A stretch of DNA of 64,000 nucleotides from a bacterium (lineage in GTDB: Bacteria > Electryoneota > Electryoneia > Electryoneales > Electryoneaceae), in the NCBI GenBank assembly GCA_963669175.1, contig OY769902.1, positions 1,920,001 to 1,984,000 of the forward strand. Reading direction: 5' to 3'. A program made the position numbers and the translations under genes. The notes under the pieces were generated by a model. It had not been told where the DNA came from. It searched no databases and saw only the letters and a program-made list of their open reading frames with translations. Below, piece by piece: positions 1-9,949 of this stretch. Numbering within the stretch: position 1 is the stretch's first letter; the number at the start of each line of letters is the position of its first letter.

Positions 1-270
1 AGTATAACTGTGATTTTATATGATTTGTTTTTATAAAGGAATAAGTATGCGATATAAGAATTTGCGAGAGCTGAGAGTCGAAGTAAAAAATTTTTCGTTT
101 GTTAGTGTTTTTCGGCAAATGAGTTCGTACTTTCTTACGGGTGGGTGTGGACTGCCGTATTTCGGACAGTTCTTCAGGGATGTTAAAAGCATAGGATTTT
201 GGGAAACCGGCTACAGTACTTCTCCTTGCACGGTTTTCGCTGTCGGTCCTGATCACGCAGGGACAGGACG

Positions 271-1869
271 ATGCGAACCATATCGATCATTGTAACACTG
301 GTTTTACTTCTTGGGTGCAACGCTTTCGCTGCACAACAGGAGATCTCCGGAGCCGTAGAAGGTGTCTGGGTCAGTGGTACATCCTACTTCGTAACCGGCA
401 GCATCACCGTTGAATCCGGCAAGAGTCTGAGTGTTCAGAACGGTGTTGTTGTTGAGTTTGCTCCTGGCACGTGCATGTATGTGAACGGTCACCTTGAGGT
501 CAAAGGTGAGCCGACCAATCCAGTCATTTTTCGTGCCGCGAACAGCGCTCCTGGTTCCTTTTGGCATGGATTGCGTATTGAGAATGCAACTTCGCGTGAA
601 GGTTACACTGAGTATTTGAGTATTTCAGGGACTCGCGGTGGTATCAAAATTCTGGACAGTGATTTCGATCTTTCATACACCAGTATTGATGTTGAAGTTT
701 ATCAGAGAGATGCTGGTGACTGGTATGGTGCGGTGAAGGCTCTTGGCAGCAGCACGAATGTGACTCTGAATAGTGTAACGGCTACTGTGCATTCTGACAA
801 TCCTTTTGCATATGTCATCCTTGGATCTCAGTCAACCATTGATATAATCAACGGTTGTGATTTTAAGCTACTCGTGAACAATCCCGTGACACGTGGTCTT
901 GGCCAGACCATCTATTTTGATCAGGTAACCGGGAGTATACGAGAAAGTTATATCCATGCAGAGTCCAATTGCGACATAGCGCCATACAGCTACAGTGAAG
1001 TTGTAGGGCTGCTCCTGCTTCAGTGTCAGAATTTCAGGTTTGATCATAACGGCATTACGGTGATGAGCGGTGTCACAGGAAATTATTCTGCAGCGATTCG
1101 TATTGCGCCTGGTGATACTGAACGTACCTTTTTTACCCTTGATCACTGTAGTATCGACCTGGTTCCCTTGAGAAGTGATATGATGCCGATACGTGGTGTT
1201 GATATTCAATCCACCGCGACTGTGGATATCAGGAACACCATTTTTGCCAACCGTACCGAATATAGCGAAGACCTGGTCTACGCTCTCCATGCATTGCAGC
1301 CCGAAACGATGGATACCTATGTGTCGCTTTCGTACTGCGATCTCTATCATGTCCAGATACCCGAAAATAGCGGACATATCTCTGTTGAAGATTTGACATT
1401 ACGTGTAGAAGATCCGATGTGGGACACGGCGAGCGACATTCTCTTCTCGCTTCGTGATGATTCACCCTGTATTGATGCTGGTGATCCTGATCCGAACGAT
1501 ATTGATCCGGATGGGACGAACGCAGATATCGGGATGCATTTCTTCTACCAGAATGATGCGTACGAAGGTGAAATAACAAAGGGCTTGTTACCGTCAGAAT
1601 TCAGAATCGCATCTGTGTATCCGAACCCCTTTAACAGTTCAGCCTTTGTGGAATTGGATCTTCCAGCGGACGGTCACGTTACTGTTGAGGTGTTTAACGC
1701 ACTGGGACAGCAGGTTGCTGTTCTTGCCGATGGCATTTTACAGGCTGGTAGCCAGCGTCTGGTGTGGGATGGGACAGCGTATTCACAGCCTGCCGCAGCA
1801 GGGGTATATTTTGTGCGGGCTTCCAGTGGGAAAATGACCGCTTCAAACAAGTTGCTTTTATTACGCTAA
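271..1869 (+). CDS. Secreted beta-helix (pectin-lyase-like) protein with C-terminal T9SS/FlgD-type sorting domain
   Basis: N-terminal signal peptide; 'SPCIDAGDP...D.DGT.ADIG' motif; C-terminal 'YPNPFNSS...GVYFVR...KLLLLR'. Confidence 0.8.
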   Translation: MRTISIIVTLVLLLGCNAFAAQQEISGAVEGVWVSGTSYFVTGSITVESGKSLSVQNGVVVEFAPGTCMYVNGHLEVKGEPTNPVIFRAANSAPGSFWHGLRIENATSREGYTEYLSISGTRGGIKILDSDFDLSYTSIDVEVYQRDAGDWYGAVKALGSSTNVTLNSVTATVHSDNPFAYVILGSQSTIDIINGCDFKLLVNNPVTRGLGQTIYFDQVTGSIRESYIHAESNCDIAPYSYSEVVGLLLLQCQNFRFDHNGITVMSGVTGNYSAAIRIAPGDTERTFFTLDHCSIDLVPLRSDMMPIRGVDIQSTATVDIRNTIFANRTEYSEDLVYALHALQPETMDTYVSLSYCDLYHVQIPENSGHISVEDLTLRVEDPMWDTASDILFSLRDDSPCIDAGDPDPNDIDPDGTNADIGMHFFYQNDAYEGEITKGLLPSEFRIASVYPNPFNSSAFVELDLPADGHVTVEVFNALGQQVAVLADGILQAGSQRLVWDGTAYSQPAAAGVYFVRASSGKMTASNKLLLLR

Positions 1870-1887
1870 TATTGCACGACCTTTCTC

Positions 1888-1912
1888 AAGCGCTCACAAG
1901 AGCGCTTTTTTT
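1888..1912 (+). terminator. Intrinsic terminator
   Basis: AAGCGCTC-acaa-GAGCGCTT followed by a T run, just after the stop at 1869. Confidence 0.75.
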
Positions 1913-2011
1913 CTAGCCTCTTGAGCACGATCTCTTGCAATACGACTCTACTGTGCATAGTTTGCATGATTGGCTGCAAATATCGCGCAGTTGTTCATGG
2001 TGGGGGGAGAT

Positions 2012-3076
2012 ATGTTTTGGAACTTCTTGAAGGATAGGATGTTGCATCTGGCACAAGTATTGACAGTTGCTATTCTTGTGCCGCTCCTGTTTTCTGTCAA
2101 TGGCTGTGAATGGAATCCGGAACGTGATAATCCGGCTGATCCAGGCTCAGATTTATTTGAGAATACAGGTATTGTTACTGTCAGTACTGTTGATTACCAG
2201 GGTAGTCCGGTCAATAACGCTGTTGTTCGTGTATCTGCTAACAGCAACGGCTGGGTTACCAATGATGATGGTGAAGTTGACATTGTATTGGATGCTGGTC
2301 AGTATATACTGTTCGCAGAGAAAGAAGGCTATACAGCCGATCCTGACACGATATCGATTAGCGCAATGAATTCAATTTCAGAGTCGATTACCTTGCATGC
2401 TGTTCCTGTTATAGATAGTGTCAAGGTCGTTTTCTGCCGAAGTTACAGCGCTTTGAATGTGGTGTATGTTGATGTTAATCAGATTCTGGTTTCTGTTTGG
2501 GTACAGGATGAAGATGAAACTGAAGGTCAGTTGGATGCAAAATTTCTGGATCCAATCAGCAACCAGCAATATGTCATGAGTTATGTGAATGAGAACTTAT
2601 ACCAGGGACTCATTGATTTTGGGCAGAACGGCTATAGTGATATTGCGGCTCGAGTAAATCGCCCATTTGTCGTGACTGTTGCTGATGCAGATGATCATGA
2701 AGCCACCAAATCCGAGGTTATGTACCAGGTATTCCAGTATAATGGACTTTATGCCGCTTTCGTTTTAGGGGGGGGGCCAATTGGTGTGAAGGCAGATTCA
2801 GTCGAATTGCTGTGGGACGCAATGACCGGCTTTACGTTTTGGCCAACATTCTGTTATGTAGAGATTTTCGATGAGGATTCTCAAAACTACAATGAAGACA
2901 GTGACTTATTCCTTGATACTCTTTTTTACAACAACGATGCCACCAATGTGTATTTTGAAGGATTGGACTTGAGTGAGTATTCCAACGAAGTATTTTCATG
3001 GCGGTTATCGCTGATGGATGCATATGGGAATATTTACCGTTCAGCCGCACGGGATGTGGCCATTGTTGCGAATTGA
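2012..3076 (+). CDS. Putative lipoprotein with carboxypeptidase-regulatory-like (Ig/transthyretin) domain
   Basis: Hydrophobic leader ending VNGC, then 'PERDNPADP'; GGGGAG RBS before ATG 2012; start uncertain (ORF track begins at 1970). Confidence 0.65.
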   Translation: MFWNFLKDRMLHLAQVLTVAILVPLLFSVNGCEWNPERDNPADPGSDLFENTGIVTVSTVDYQGSPVNNAVVRVSANSNGWVTNDDGEVDIVLDAGQYILFAEKEGYTADPDTISISAMNSISESITLHAVPVIDSVKVVFCRSYSALNVVYVDVNQILVSVWVQDEDETEGQLDAKFLDPISNQQYVMSYVNENLYQGLIDFGQNGYSDIAARVNRPFVVTVADADDHEATKSEVMYQVFQYNGLYAAFVLGGGPIGVKADSVELLWDAMTGFTFWPTFCYVEIFDEDSQNYNEDSDLFLDTLFYNNDATNVYFEGLDLSEYSNEVFSWRLSLMDAYGNIYRSAARDVAIVAN

Positions 3077-3105
3077 TTTAAACATGGAGTCGTACATAGA
3101 AGCTT

Positions 3106-4629
3106 ATGCCTGCCAATGTTAGTGATAATACGCAGACCGTGATTCCGCCGGTTGATGATTTGAGCCCGGAAAGCCTCCAGGCATTGCTGGAAGTTACCCA
3201 GGTGTTAACCTCTATTCTTGAGGGCGAGGCGGTTCTCAAGAAGTTGCTGGATATTGCCGTTGAAACGGTTAATGCTGAAACCGGTTTTATTGTATTAGCA
3301 GATGGCGATGTCGAAAAAGAAGGTTTTCCGATCCGGGTAAGCTACAACCTTCCGGAAGATGCGCTGGATGATCCGGCGCGTCCCTCAAATAGGATTGTCC
3401 GGCGTGCCCTGGCGGAAAAAGAAGCAGTCCTGGTTCATGATGCTCGCACGGACCCACGTTTTGCCGGCAGCGAGAGTGTGATCATGCACCAGATTACCTC
3501 GGCCATCGCTGCTCCCCTTGTTATAAAAAATACTTCGGTTGGTGCGGTATATGTGGACAGCCGGGGCGACCGGGTCAAGTTTACCGAAGAGAACAAGCAG
3601 TTTTTCAATGCCCTGGCGATTTTTGCGGCAATGGCCTATCAGAATGCGACACGTTTTGACCAGTTGCAAGATGAAAAGGCCGCACTGCAGACCGAGGTCG
3701 AGAAACTGTATGGATTTTCTGAAATTGTGGGTGTTCATCCTTCTATGCAGGAAGTGTTCACCCTGATGCAGAAAATCATCAAGTCGGATATCAGTGTATT
3801 GCTGCAGGGAGAAAGCGGCACAGGTAAGGAACTGGTCGCACGTGCGCTGCATTACAACGGCCCGCGTCGCAACAAACCCTTTGTCGCGCAGTTCTGTGGC
3901 AACTTGTCGGAAAACCTGCTGGAAAGCGAACTTTTCGGGCATAAGAAGGGCGCCTTCACCGGGGCAATCCACGACAAGATGGGGCTTTTTGAAGTCGCCA
4001 ATGGCGGCACCTTCTTCTTGGATGAAATAGCCGATATCAGCCCGCAAATCCAGGCAAAACTGTTGCGTGTATTGCAGGACGGTGTTATTCGCAGGGTTGG
4101 AGGAACCAAGTATCATCAGGTGGATGTCAGAATTATCTCCGCCACCAATAAAAGCCTGGAAAAAGAGGTTGAAGAAGGCCGGTTCCGTGATGATCTGTTT
4201 TACCGCCTCAATGTGATTGCTGTGCGCATGCCATCGATTCGAGAACGACGCAGCGACATTCCTCTGCTGATTGATCATTTTCTTCAGAAAGCGGCTACCA
4301 AACACAAGCGTGCGGTGAAGAAGCTTAGCCGAGATGCTTTGAATCACACGATGGACTATGGCTGGCCCGGCAATGTTCGTGAGCTCGAAAATGCAATAGA
4401 ACGTGCTGTTGTGCTATCCGGAGACAACCGGACAATTGAAACCGATGATCTTATCATTCCCAAGCAGGAGACTTCAGGACGCATGACACTGAAAGACTAT
4501 GAGAAAGAGATTGTCCTGAAGACGTTAGACGAGATGGAAGGAAACAAAACCCGCACCTCTGAAGCGCTTGGTGTCAGCCTTCGGTGGTTGCATTACCGGT
4601 TAAACGAGTGGAAGACAGAGGAAAAATAG
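3106..4629 (+). CDS. GAF-domain sigma54-dependent Fis-family transcriptional activator
   Basis: GAF N-terminus; GESGTGKE Walker A; ESELFGH..GAFTGA; FLDEI; WPGNVRELEN; C-terminal HTH. Confidence 0.93.
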   Translation: MPANVSDNTQTVIPPVDDLSPESLQALLEVTQVLTSILEGEAVLKKLLDIAVETVNAETGFIVLADGDVEKEGFPIRVSYNLPEDALDDPARPSNRIVRRALAEKEAVLVHDARTDPRFAGSESVIMHQITSAIAAPLVIKNTSVGAVYVDSRGDRVKFTEENKQFFNALAIFAAMAYQNATRFDQLQDEKAALQTEVEKLYGFSEIVGVHPSMQEVFTLMQKIIKSDISVLLQGESGTGKELVARALHYNGPRRNKPFVAQFCGNLSENLLESELFGHKKGAFTGAIHDKMGLFEVANGGTFFLDEIADISPQIQAKLLRVLQDGVIRRVGGTKYHQVDVRIISATNKSLEKEVEEGRFRDDLFYRLNVIAVRMPSIRERRSDIPLLIDHFLQKAATKHKRAVKKLSRDALNHTMDYGWPGNVRELENAIERAVVLSGDNRTIETDDLIIPKQETSGRMTLKDYEKEIVLKTLDEMEGNKTRTSEALGVSLRWLHYRLNEWKTEEK

Positions 4630-6329
4630 GCGATTTCGAAATCGTCCGAGAGCTGTCGCGTTCCTCCGTTACATCAGTTTTTGAGGGATACCAGGCTTCA
4701 CTGGATCGTACAGTTCTCATCAAACGCCTGCACCCACAACTTGCTGATGATGACGACCTGCGCGCCCGTTTTGAACGGGAGGCGAAGGCACTCGCTCGCA
4801 TTAAACACAAGAATATTGTCCATATATACGATTATCAAGCCTCCCCTGAGTCCGTTCACCTGGTCACAGAATTTGTATCTGGTGGATCACTCGCAGATCG
4901 TCTGAAGCAACTGGGAACACTGACTGAACGTGAAGCGGTCGCTGTTGCGGTTGATGTGCTGGAAGGTCTGAAAGTGGCGCACCGCGAAGGGATCGTCCAC
5001 CGTGATATCAAGCCTGGAAACCTGATGGTGGGGCATACCGGGCAGATAAAAATCACCGATTTCGGACTTGCCCAGTTCGAAGGATCGCCTTCGTTGACCA
5101 TGCAGGGAATGGTCATCGGTACGCCCGCCTATATCGCGCCGGAAGTGATCTCCGGCAGTCCAGCCGGGCCGCGTAGTGACCTGTTTTCGTTAGGGGTGAC
5201 CCTGTATGAGCTGATGACCGGGGTTAATCCCTACCTCGCAGACAACATGTCTGAGACCCTGAACAGGATTATCAGCCTGAAGCCGCAGCCTCTGGACGGC
5301 ATCAATCCGGAAATGCAACGCCTGTTGTTCAAGTTGCTGGAGAAGAAGCCGGACCGACGTTTTACCAGTGCAGAAGAAGCTTTGAAAGAGATCGCGCCGT
5401 TGGCTGAGAAATACCAGGTTGAGCGCGGTTGGGTTGATGTGGAACCGGAAGGTTCCAAGGTCAGGACAACGGGGGCTAAAGACTCTGAATCGCTTATTCA
5501 ACCCAGACCCCGTCGGCAATTGTCCCGGACATGGGTCATTCTGTCCGCTATTGTCATGGTTACTGCCAGCATTCTGGTATATCTCCTGATCCAGCATGCT
5601 ACCACGCCAGACGAGATTATCATTAATGAGACTCCTGTTGACAGTATGCTTACTGAAGTAACAACTCCGGATACTTCACAGGCGGTTCAACCTGATAGCC
5701 AGGAAAGCAGACCTCAGCAAGATGATACTGCACCGGCAACTCGTCCGGTTGAGCGTCCCATTGAAGAGCCGGTACAGAATCCCGCTAGGCAACCAGATAA
5801 AACTGCTGCTCAGGGTAGTGAAACGGATTCGAGACGGGAAACCGGCAATGATGCGGTAGTTGATGCGCCGGAAGTAGCGATTCCACCGGTTACAGGCACT
5901 GCTTATTTGTCGCTGCATGTTACGCCCTGGGCCAATGTTTATGATGCTGACGGAAACTTCATTGTGCAGACGCCTACGGATAATATCATTCCGGTAGATG
6001 CCGGCGAAGTGCTGCTGACATTTTCCAATCCTGATCTGCCGCCGTTGACCAGAACATTTACAGTTGAACCGGATGACACTCTGCGACAGACGATTGATCT
6101 GATGAAAATGGTGGGCGAAATATCTTTCATTAATGCGACTCCCTGGGCGAGAGTATTCCTTGACGGTGAACCGCTTGAGACCACGCCGATATATAAACGT
6201 CTTCTTTTACCGTTTGGAAAACACATACTCCGTTTTGAACATCCTGACTTCCCGGTGCATGAAGAAGAAGTCGTGCTGCAACCGGGTGATACACCACGTT
6301 CGATTGTCGTTGACCTGACCAGCCAATAG
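4608..6329 (+). CDS. Membrane Ser/Thr protein kinase (Hanks type) with extracytoplasmic PEGA-like repeats
   Basis: IKRL, HRDIKPGN, DFGLA, GTPAYIAPE, SDLFSLG; TM helix; Pro/Gln linker; two 'TPWA.V' repeats; start approximate, overlaps upstream stop. Confidence 0.9.
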   Translation: MEDRGKIGDFEIVRELSRSSVTSVFEGYQASLDRTVLIKRLHPQLADDDDLRARFEREAKALARIKHKNIVHIYDYQASPESVHLVTEFVSGGSLADRLKQLGTLTEREAVAVAVDVLEGLKVAHREGIVHRDIKPGNLMVGHTGQIKITDFGLAQFEGSPSLTMQGMVIGTPAYIAPEVISGSPAGPRSDLFSLGVTLYELMTGVNPYLADNMSETLNRIISLKPQPLDGINPEMQRLLFKLLEKKPDRRFTSAEEALKEIAPLAEKYQVERGWVDVEPEGSKVRTTGAKDSESLIQPRPRRQLSRTWVILSAIVMVTASILVYLLIQHATTPDEIIINETPVDSMLTEVTTPDTSQAVQPDSQESRPQQDDTAPATRPVERPIEEPVQNPARQPDKTAAQGSETDSRRETGNDAVVDAPEVAIPPVTGTAYLSLHVTPWANVYDADGNFIVQTPTDNIIPVDAGEVLLTFSNPDLPPLTRTFTVEPDDTLRQTIDLMKMVGEISFINATPWARVFLDGEPLETTPIYKRLLLPFGKHILRFEHPDFPVHEEEVVLQPGDTPRSIVVDLTSQ

Positions 6330-6491
6330 GACCATTTTTCTTTGCTCCCTGTGTGGGATGCTACTTTTCTCTTGCCTTCTCCTTCCTCAAACATGCACAT
6401 TCACTATTCAGTGGCTTTGATGCTATGCGGGACTTGCCACTGCCGGTTTGTCACCGTTTCTCGCAGATAACAGACTCTTGCAGGAGGTTTC

Positions 6492-7895
6492 GTGGGGTTG
6501 TTCGGTGGGACCAAAGATCCCTATCGCAAGCTTAAAAAAGCGATAGGAGACCACAAGGTTCTGGATCGGTTGGAGGACCGCATGGTGTACGCGGTTGATG
6601 CCAGCTATACCGCTCCTCCGGGCAATCATGATCCGGACCTGGTGGTCCTTGCAGAAAACGCAACTGATATCGTTGAAACTGTCCTGTTCGCACGTGAAAA
6701 CGAGATGAAAATCATTCCCCGGGGAACCGGTACCGGTATGAGCGCCGGAGCAGTCCCGCTGGGTGGGGGAATTGTCATCTCAACTGAACGGATGAAACGG
6801 ATTATCAACCTGAATACCAATGAACGCTGGATTCAGGTTGAGCCGGGATTGACCACGGCGGAAGTGAAGGAAGCTGCCGCGAAAGAACGTCTGGCTTATC
6901 CGCCGGATCCATCCAGCTACAAGATCAGCTCCATCGGTGGTAACCTGGCCGAGAATGCCGGCGGATTGCGTTGCGTCAAATACGGGACAACCAAGGATTA
7001 TGTCCTGGGCGTTACCTATGTCAATGATCAGGGCGAGATTTGCCATACCGGGGAACTGCTGGATAAACCGTCCGCCTATGATCTAACGCCGATGCTGGTC
7101 GGTTCTGAAGGGCTGTTCGGGATCATTGTTGAGGCGCGGCTGCGTCTGATCCCTGCACCGAAGGCCACCTATACCGTACTGGCGCATTTCAGCGACCAGT
7201 ATCGTGCGCTGGAAGCGATTGCTTCTTTTCTGCCTGAGCTGGTGCCGTCCGTTTGTGAATTCATGGACAGCGCGGTGATCGAAGCGATTCGTCAGCATGA
7301 TCCCTATCCCTTCCCGGAGGGCACGGACGCTGCGTTGCTGGTAGAGACTGATGGCGAACTGGATACCGCCAAGCGTGAAGCGCAACGGGTCATGGAGGTG
7401 TTGCGCGATTACGGAGCGCTGGAAGTCCACACGGCGAAGAACCCGGCAGAGCGTGAACGGTTGTGGAACCTGCGACGCCTGATCTCGCCCAGCCTGAGCC
7501 GTATCGCTGATGGAAAGCACAACGAAGATGTTGTGGTTCCGTTGGGCAATATGGCAGGCTTGCTGGAACGATGCAGCGAGATCGCCGAAGAATACGGTGT
7601 GGTGATCCCTGTGTACGGGCATGCCGGCGATGGCAACCTGCATTTGAACGTGATGTATGAGAAATCGGACCAGGGCGCGGCAAAACGTGCCCATGACGCG
7701 CTTGAAGAGTGTTTCCATACGGTTGTGGCGCTGGGAGGCACAATCAGCGGTGAGCACGGGATTGGCGCATCAAAAAACCGGTACATGAAACAGCAGTTCA
7801 GTGATGACGAGCTGGAAGTTTTCCGAGCGCTGAAACAGGCTTTTGATCCTGAGTCGATTTTTAACCCTTTCAAAGTACTCCCACCATCACGTTAA
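6492..7895 (+). CDS. FAD-linked 2-hydroxyacid oxidase/dehydrogenase (GlcD / D-lactate / D-2-hydroxyglutarate dehydrogenase family)
   Basis: PRGTGTGMSAG, SIGGNLAENAGG..CVKYG, GHAGDGNLH, GEHGIG motifs. Confidence 0.88.
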   Translation: MGLFGGTKDPYRKLKKAIGDHKVLDRLEDRMVYAVDASYTAPPGNHDPDLVVLAENATDIVETVLFARENEMKIIPRGTGTGMSAGAVPLGGGIVISTERMKRIINLNTNERWIQVEPGLTTAEVKEAAAKERLAYPPDPSSYKISSIGGNLAENAGGLRCVKYGTTKDYVLGVTYVNDQGEICHTGELLDKPSAYDLTPMLVGSEGLFGIIVEARLRLIPAPKATYTVLAHFSDQYRALEAIASFLPELVPSVCEFMDSAVIEAIRQHDPYPFPEGTDAALLVETDGELDTAKREAQRVMEVLRDYGALEVHTAKNPAERERLWNLRRLISPSLSRIADGKHNEDVVVPLGNMAGLLERCSEIAEEYGVVIPVYGHAGDGNLHLNVMYEKSDQGAAKRAHDALEECFHTVVALGGTISGEHGIGASKNRYMKQQFSDDELEVFRALKQAFDPESIFNPFKVLPPSR

Positions 7896-7925
7896 AACGT
7901 GACTTGGTACAACCTTGGGTGAGTC

Positions 7926-9245
7926 ATGGCAGAACGCATTCCTTTTGAGAACGTCCATCAGACCGTTCAACAGCATCTTCAGGCGGAGGGGTATCCCTTT
8001 GTCTATGATTACGAGCATTCCCATGGTAGCTGGCTGAAGGATGGCATATCCGGGAAAGAATACCTGGATATGACCAGCTTTTTTGCCACTAATCCGCTGG
8101 GGCATAACCATCCCCGGCTGACGGATGGTGAGGCTGCGGAAGCGCTGGCCAGTGTGGCTCGGATCAACCCGGCCAACTGGATGTTTTATACACGTGAAGT
8201 GGCTGAATTTACGGATACATTCTGGAACACTACCATACCGGAAGCGTATCGGCATCTTTTCCTGATTGCCGGTGGCGCTCTGGCAGTTGAGAACGCCCTG
8301 AAAGCGGCGATGGACTGGAAAGTGCAGCGGAATTTTACCGCCGGACGCACGAAAGAGGTTGGGCACCAGGTCATGCACTTTAAGCAGGCGTTTCATGGTC
8401 GCAGCGGTTATACGCTGAGCCTGACCAACACCGCGGAAGAGAAGATCCGTCATTACCCGAAGTTCGACTGGCCGCGTGTTCATAACCCGGTCATCCTCGA
8501 TTTTGCCAACCCGGATGAGGAGCGGGTACTTGCCAGTGAACGCTGGGCGGTGGAGGAGATCGAGACTGAATTTGCCCGACGTGGCAGCGATATTTGTGCC
8601 ATTATCATTGAACCGATACAATGCGAAGGCGGAGATAATCATTTCCGTCCGCAGTTCATGCGTACCCTGCGAGATCTGGCGGATAAACATGACGCCATGT
8701 TGATCTTCGATGAGATCCAGACCGGTATGGGCGTGACCGGGCAGTGGTGGGCGTTTGAGCATTTCGACATGATGCCCGATATGGTGGTCTTCGGTAAGAA
8801 AGCGCAGGTTTGCGGCTTCTTCTGCGGTCCACGTATTGACGAAGTGGAAAAGAACGTGTTCCGTACTCCCAGCCGGATCGCGTCAACCTGGGGCGGGAAT
8901 CTTGTCGATATGGTACGCGCTACCTGGTATATCCGAATTTTCCAGGAAGAGAACCTGCTGAACAACGCTACCGACATGGGCGACTACCTGCTGAAGGGAC
9001 TGGGAGAGCTGTCAAAGGAATACCCGGACCTGGTTGCGAATCCACGTGGACGCGGGCTGCTGGTATCCTTTACGCTGCCGGACAAACTGACACGCGATAA
9101 AATGCGGAAATTCCTGTTTGACCGTGAAGTCCTGGCCCTGGCGAACGGCCCCAGCTCCATTCGCTTCCGTCCCGCGATGAACGTAACAAAAGACGAGCTG
9201 GATACCCTGCTGGAACGGACACGGAATGCGCTGAAAGCAATGTAG
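7926..9245 (+). CDS. lat: L-lysine 6-transaminase (class III PLP aminotransferase)
   Basis: GALAVENALKAAMDWK, AFHGRSGYTLSLTNT, EPIQCEGGDNH, FGKKAQV, STWGGNLVDM. Confidence 0.88.
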   Translation: MAERIPFENVHQTVQQHLQAEGYPFVYDYEHSHGSWLKDGISGKEYLDMTSFFATNPLGHNHPRLTDGEAAEALASVARINPANWMFYTREVAEFTDTFWNTTIPEAYRHLFLIAGGALAVENALKAAMDWKVQRNFTAGRTKEVGHQVMHFKQAFHGRSGYTLSLTNTAEEKIRHYPKFDWPRVHNPVILDFANPDEERVLASERWAVEEIETEFARRGSDICAIIIEPIQCEGGDNHFRPQFMRTLRDLADKHDAMLIFDEIQTGMGVTGQWWAFEHFDMMPDMVVFGKKAQVCGFFCGPRIDEVEKNVFRTPSRIASTWGGNLVDMVRATWYIRIFQEENLLNNATDMGDYLLKGLGELSKEYPDLVANPRGRGLLVSFTLPDKLTRDKMRKFLFDREVLALANGPSSIRFRPAMNVTKDELDTLLERTRNALKAM

Positions 9246-9285
9246 AAAGTAGTGGATTCTTGATAATATTGCAGTACTCGAAAAA

Positions 9286-9377
9286 AAATGTCGCATCATG
9301 TCATCCCCTCCCCGAATGATATAGTCGGGGATCAACCGGGGATCTCGAAGTTTTGCTGTCCTATGCAACATTATTTT
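9286..9377 (+). repeat. Palindromic repeat (ATGTCATCCCC...GGGGATCTCG family), copy 1
   Basis: Flanks near-identical to 37203-37291; shorter inverted copies at 32841-32880 and 47042-47076. Confidence 0.75.
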
Positions 9378-9777
9378 GCAGCCCAACATAGATTTATATG
9401 CATGCACAGATTCTTACAGTCTGTGCATGCTTTTTTGAGTTTCAAAGTTTGAAAGTTGAGAAGTCGGGCGGGTGGCCCTACTCGCACGTGATGATTTGAC
9501 GTCCATAAGGTTGATGGATACTGTGTTGAAGCAACAATACACGACGCAGCATGGAGTGAATAGGGACGGAGATTTGCCTGGGGGCCTGTTTGCAGCTTAT
9601 GCATTATCCCGATACTCTTATGAGGATTGGATGCGAAAAGGGTACAGTGGGAGTTTTTCTGCTGAAATGCGCAAAGAAGCTATATCACTTGGGCATCGGA
9701 TCCCCCGTCAATCAAATGAGTATGTTATCCGTATCAAAAAACTACCGTCTGTCCCTAGTTTTGGTTCTAGTTTTGGT

Positions 9778-9949
9778 TGAAATCGTCTTGTCACCCTTGA
9801 CGGCAGCAAGCGCTACCGATGCCTTGAACTGCGCGGTTAACTTTCTGCGGGATCGCTTCATCTTCCGCTCCTTCCGAAGAACCTACGGTCCTTCAATGTA
9901 GGGCGGAACCATCAACTAAACTACTGTCCAATTTTGGGGCCCCTCTTCA
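9778..9949 (-). mobile_element. Truncated IS3-family element: left inverted repeat plus start of OrfA
   Basis: Minus strand begins TGAAGAGGGGCCCCAAAATTGGACAG (IS3-like TG end); RBS GGAAGGAG; ATG 9861 gives MKRSRRKLTAQFKASVALAAVKGDKTIS, after which similarity breaks. Confidence 0.75.

Noticed and set aside
130-270. Structured leader before the first gene
   Set aside because: Short hairpins only; no known riboswitch motif and no second copy for comparison
1921-2065. Sigma54 -24/-12 promoter candidates
   Set aside because: GAGCAC..TTGC has the wrong spacing and TGGCAC-N5-TTGA lacks the GC and lies inside the CDS
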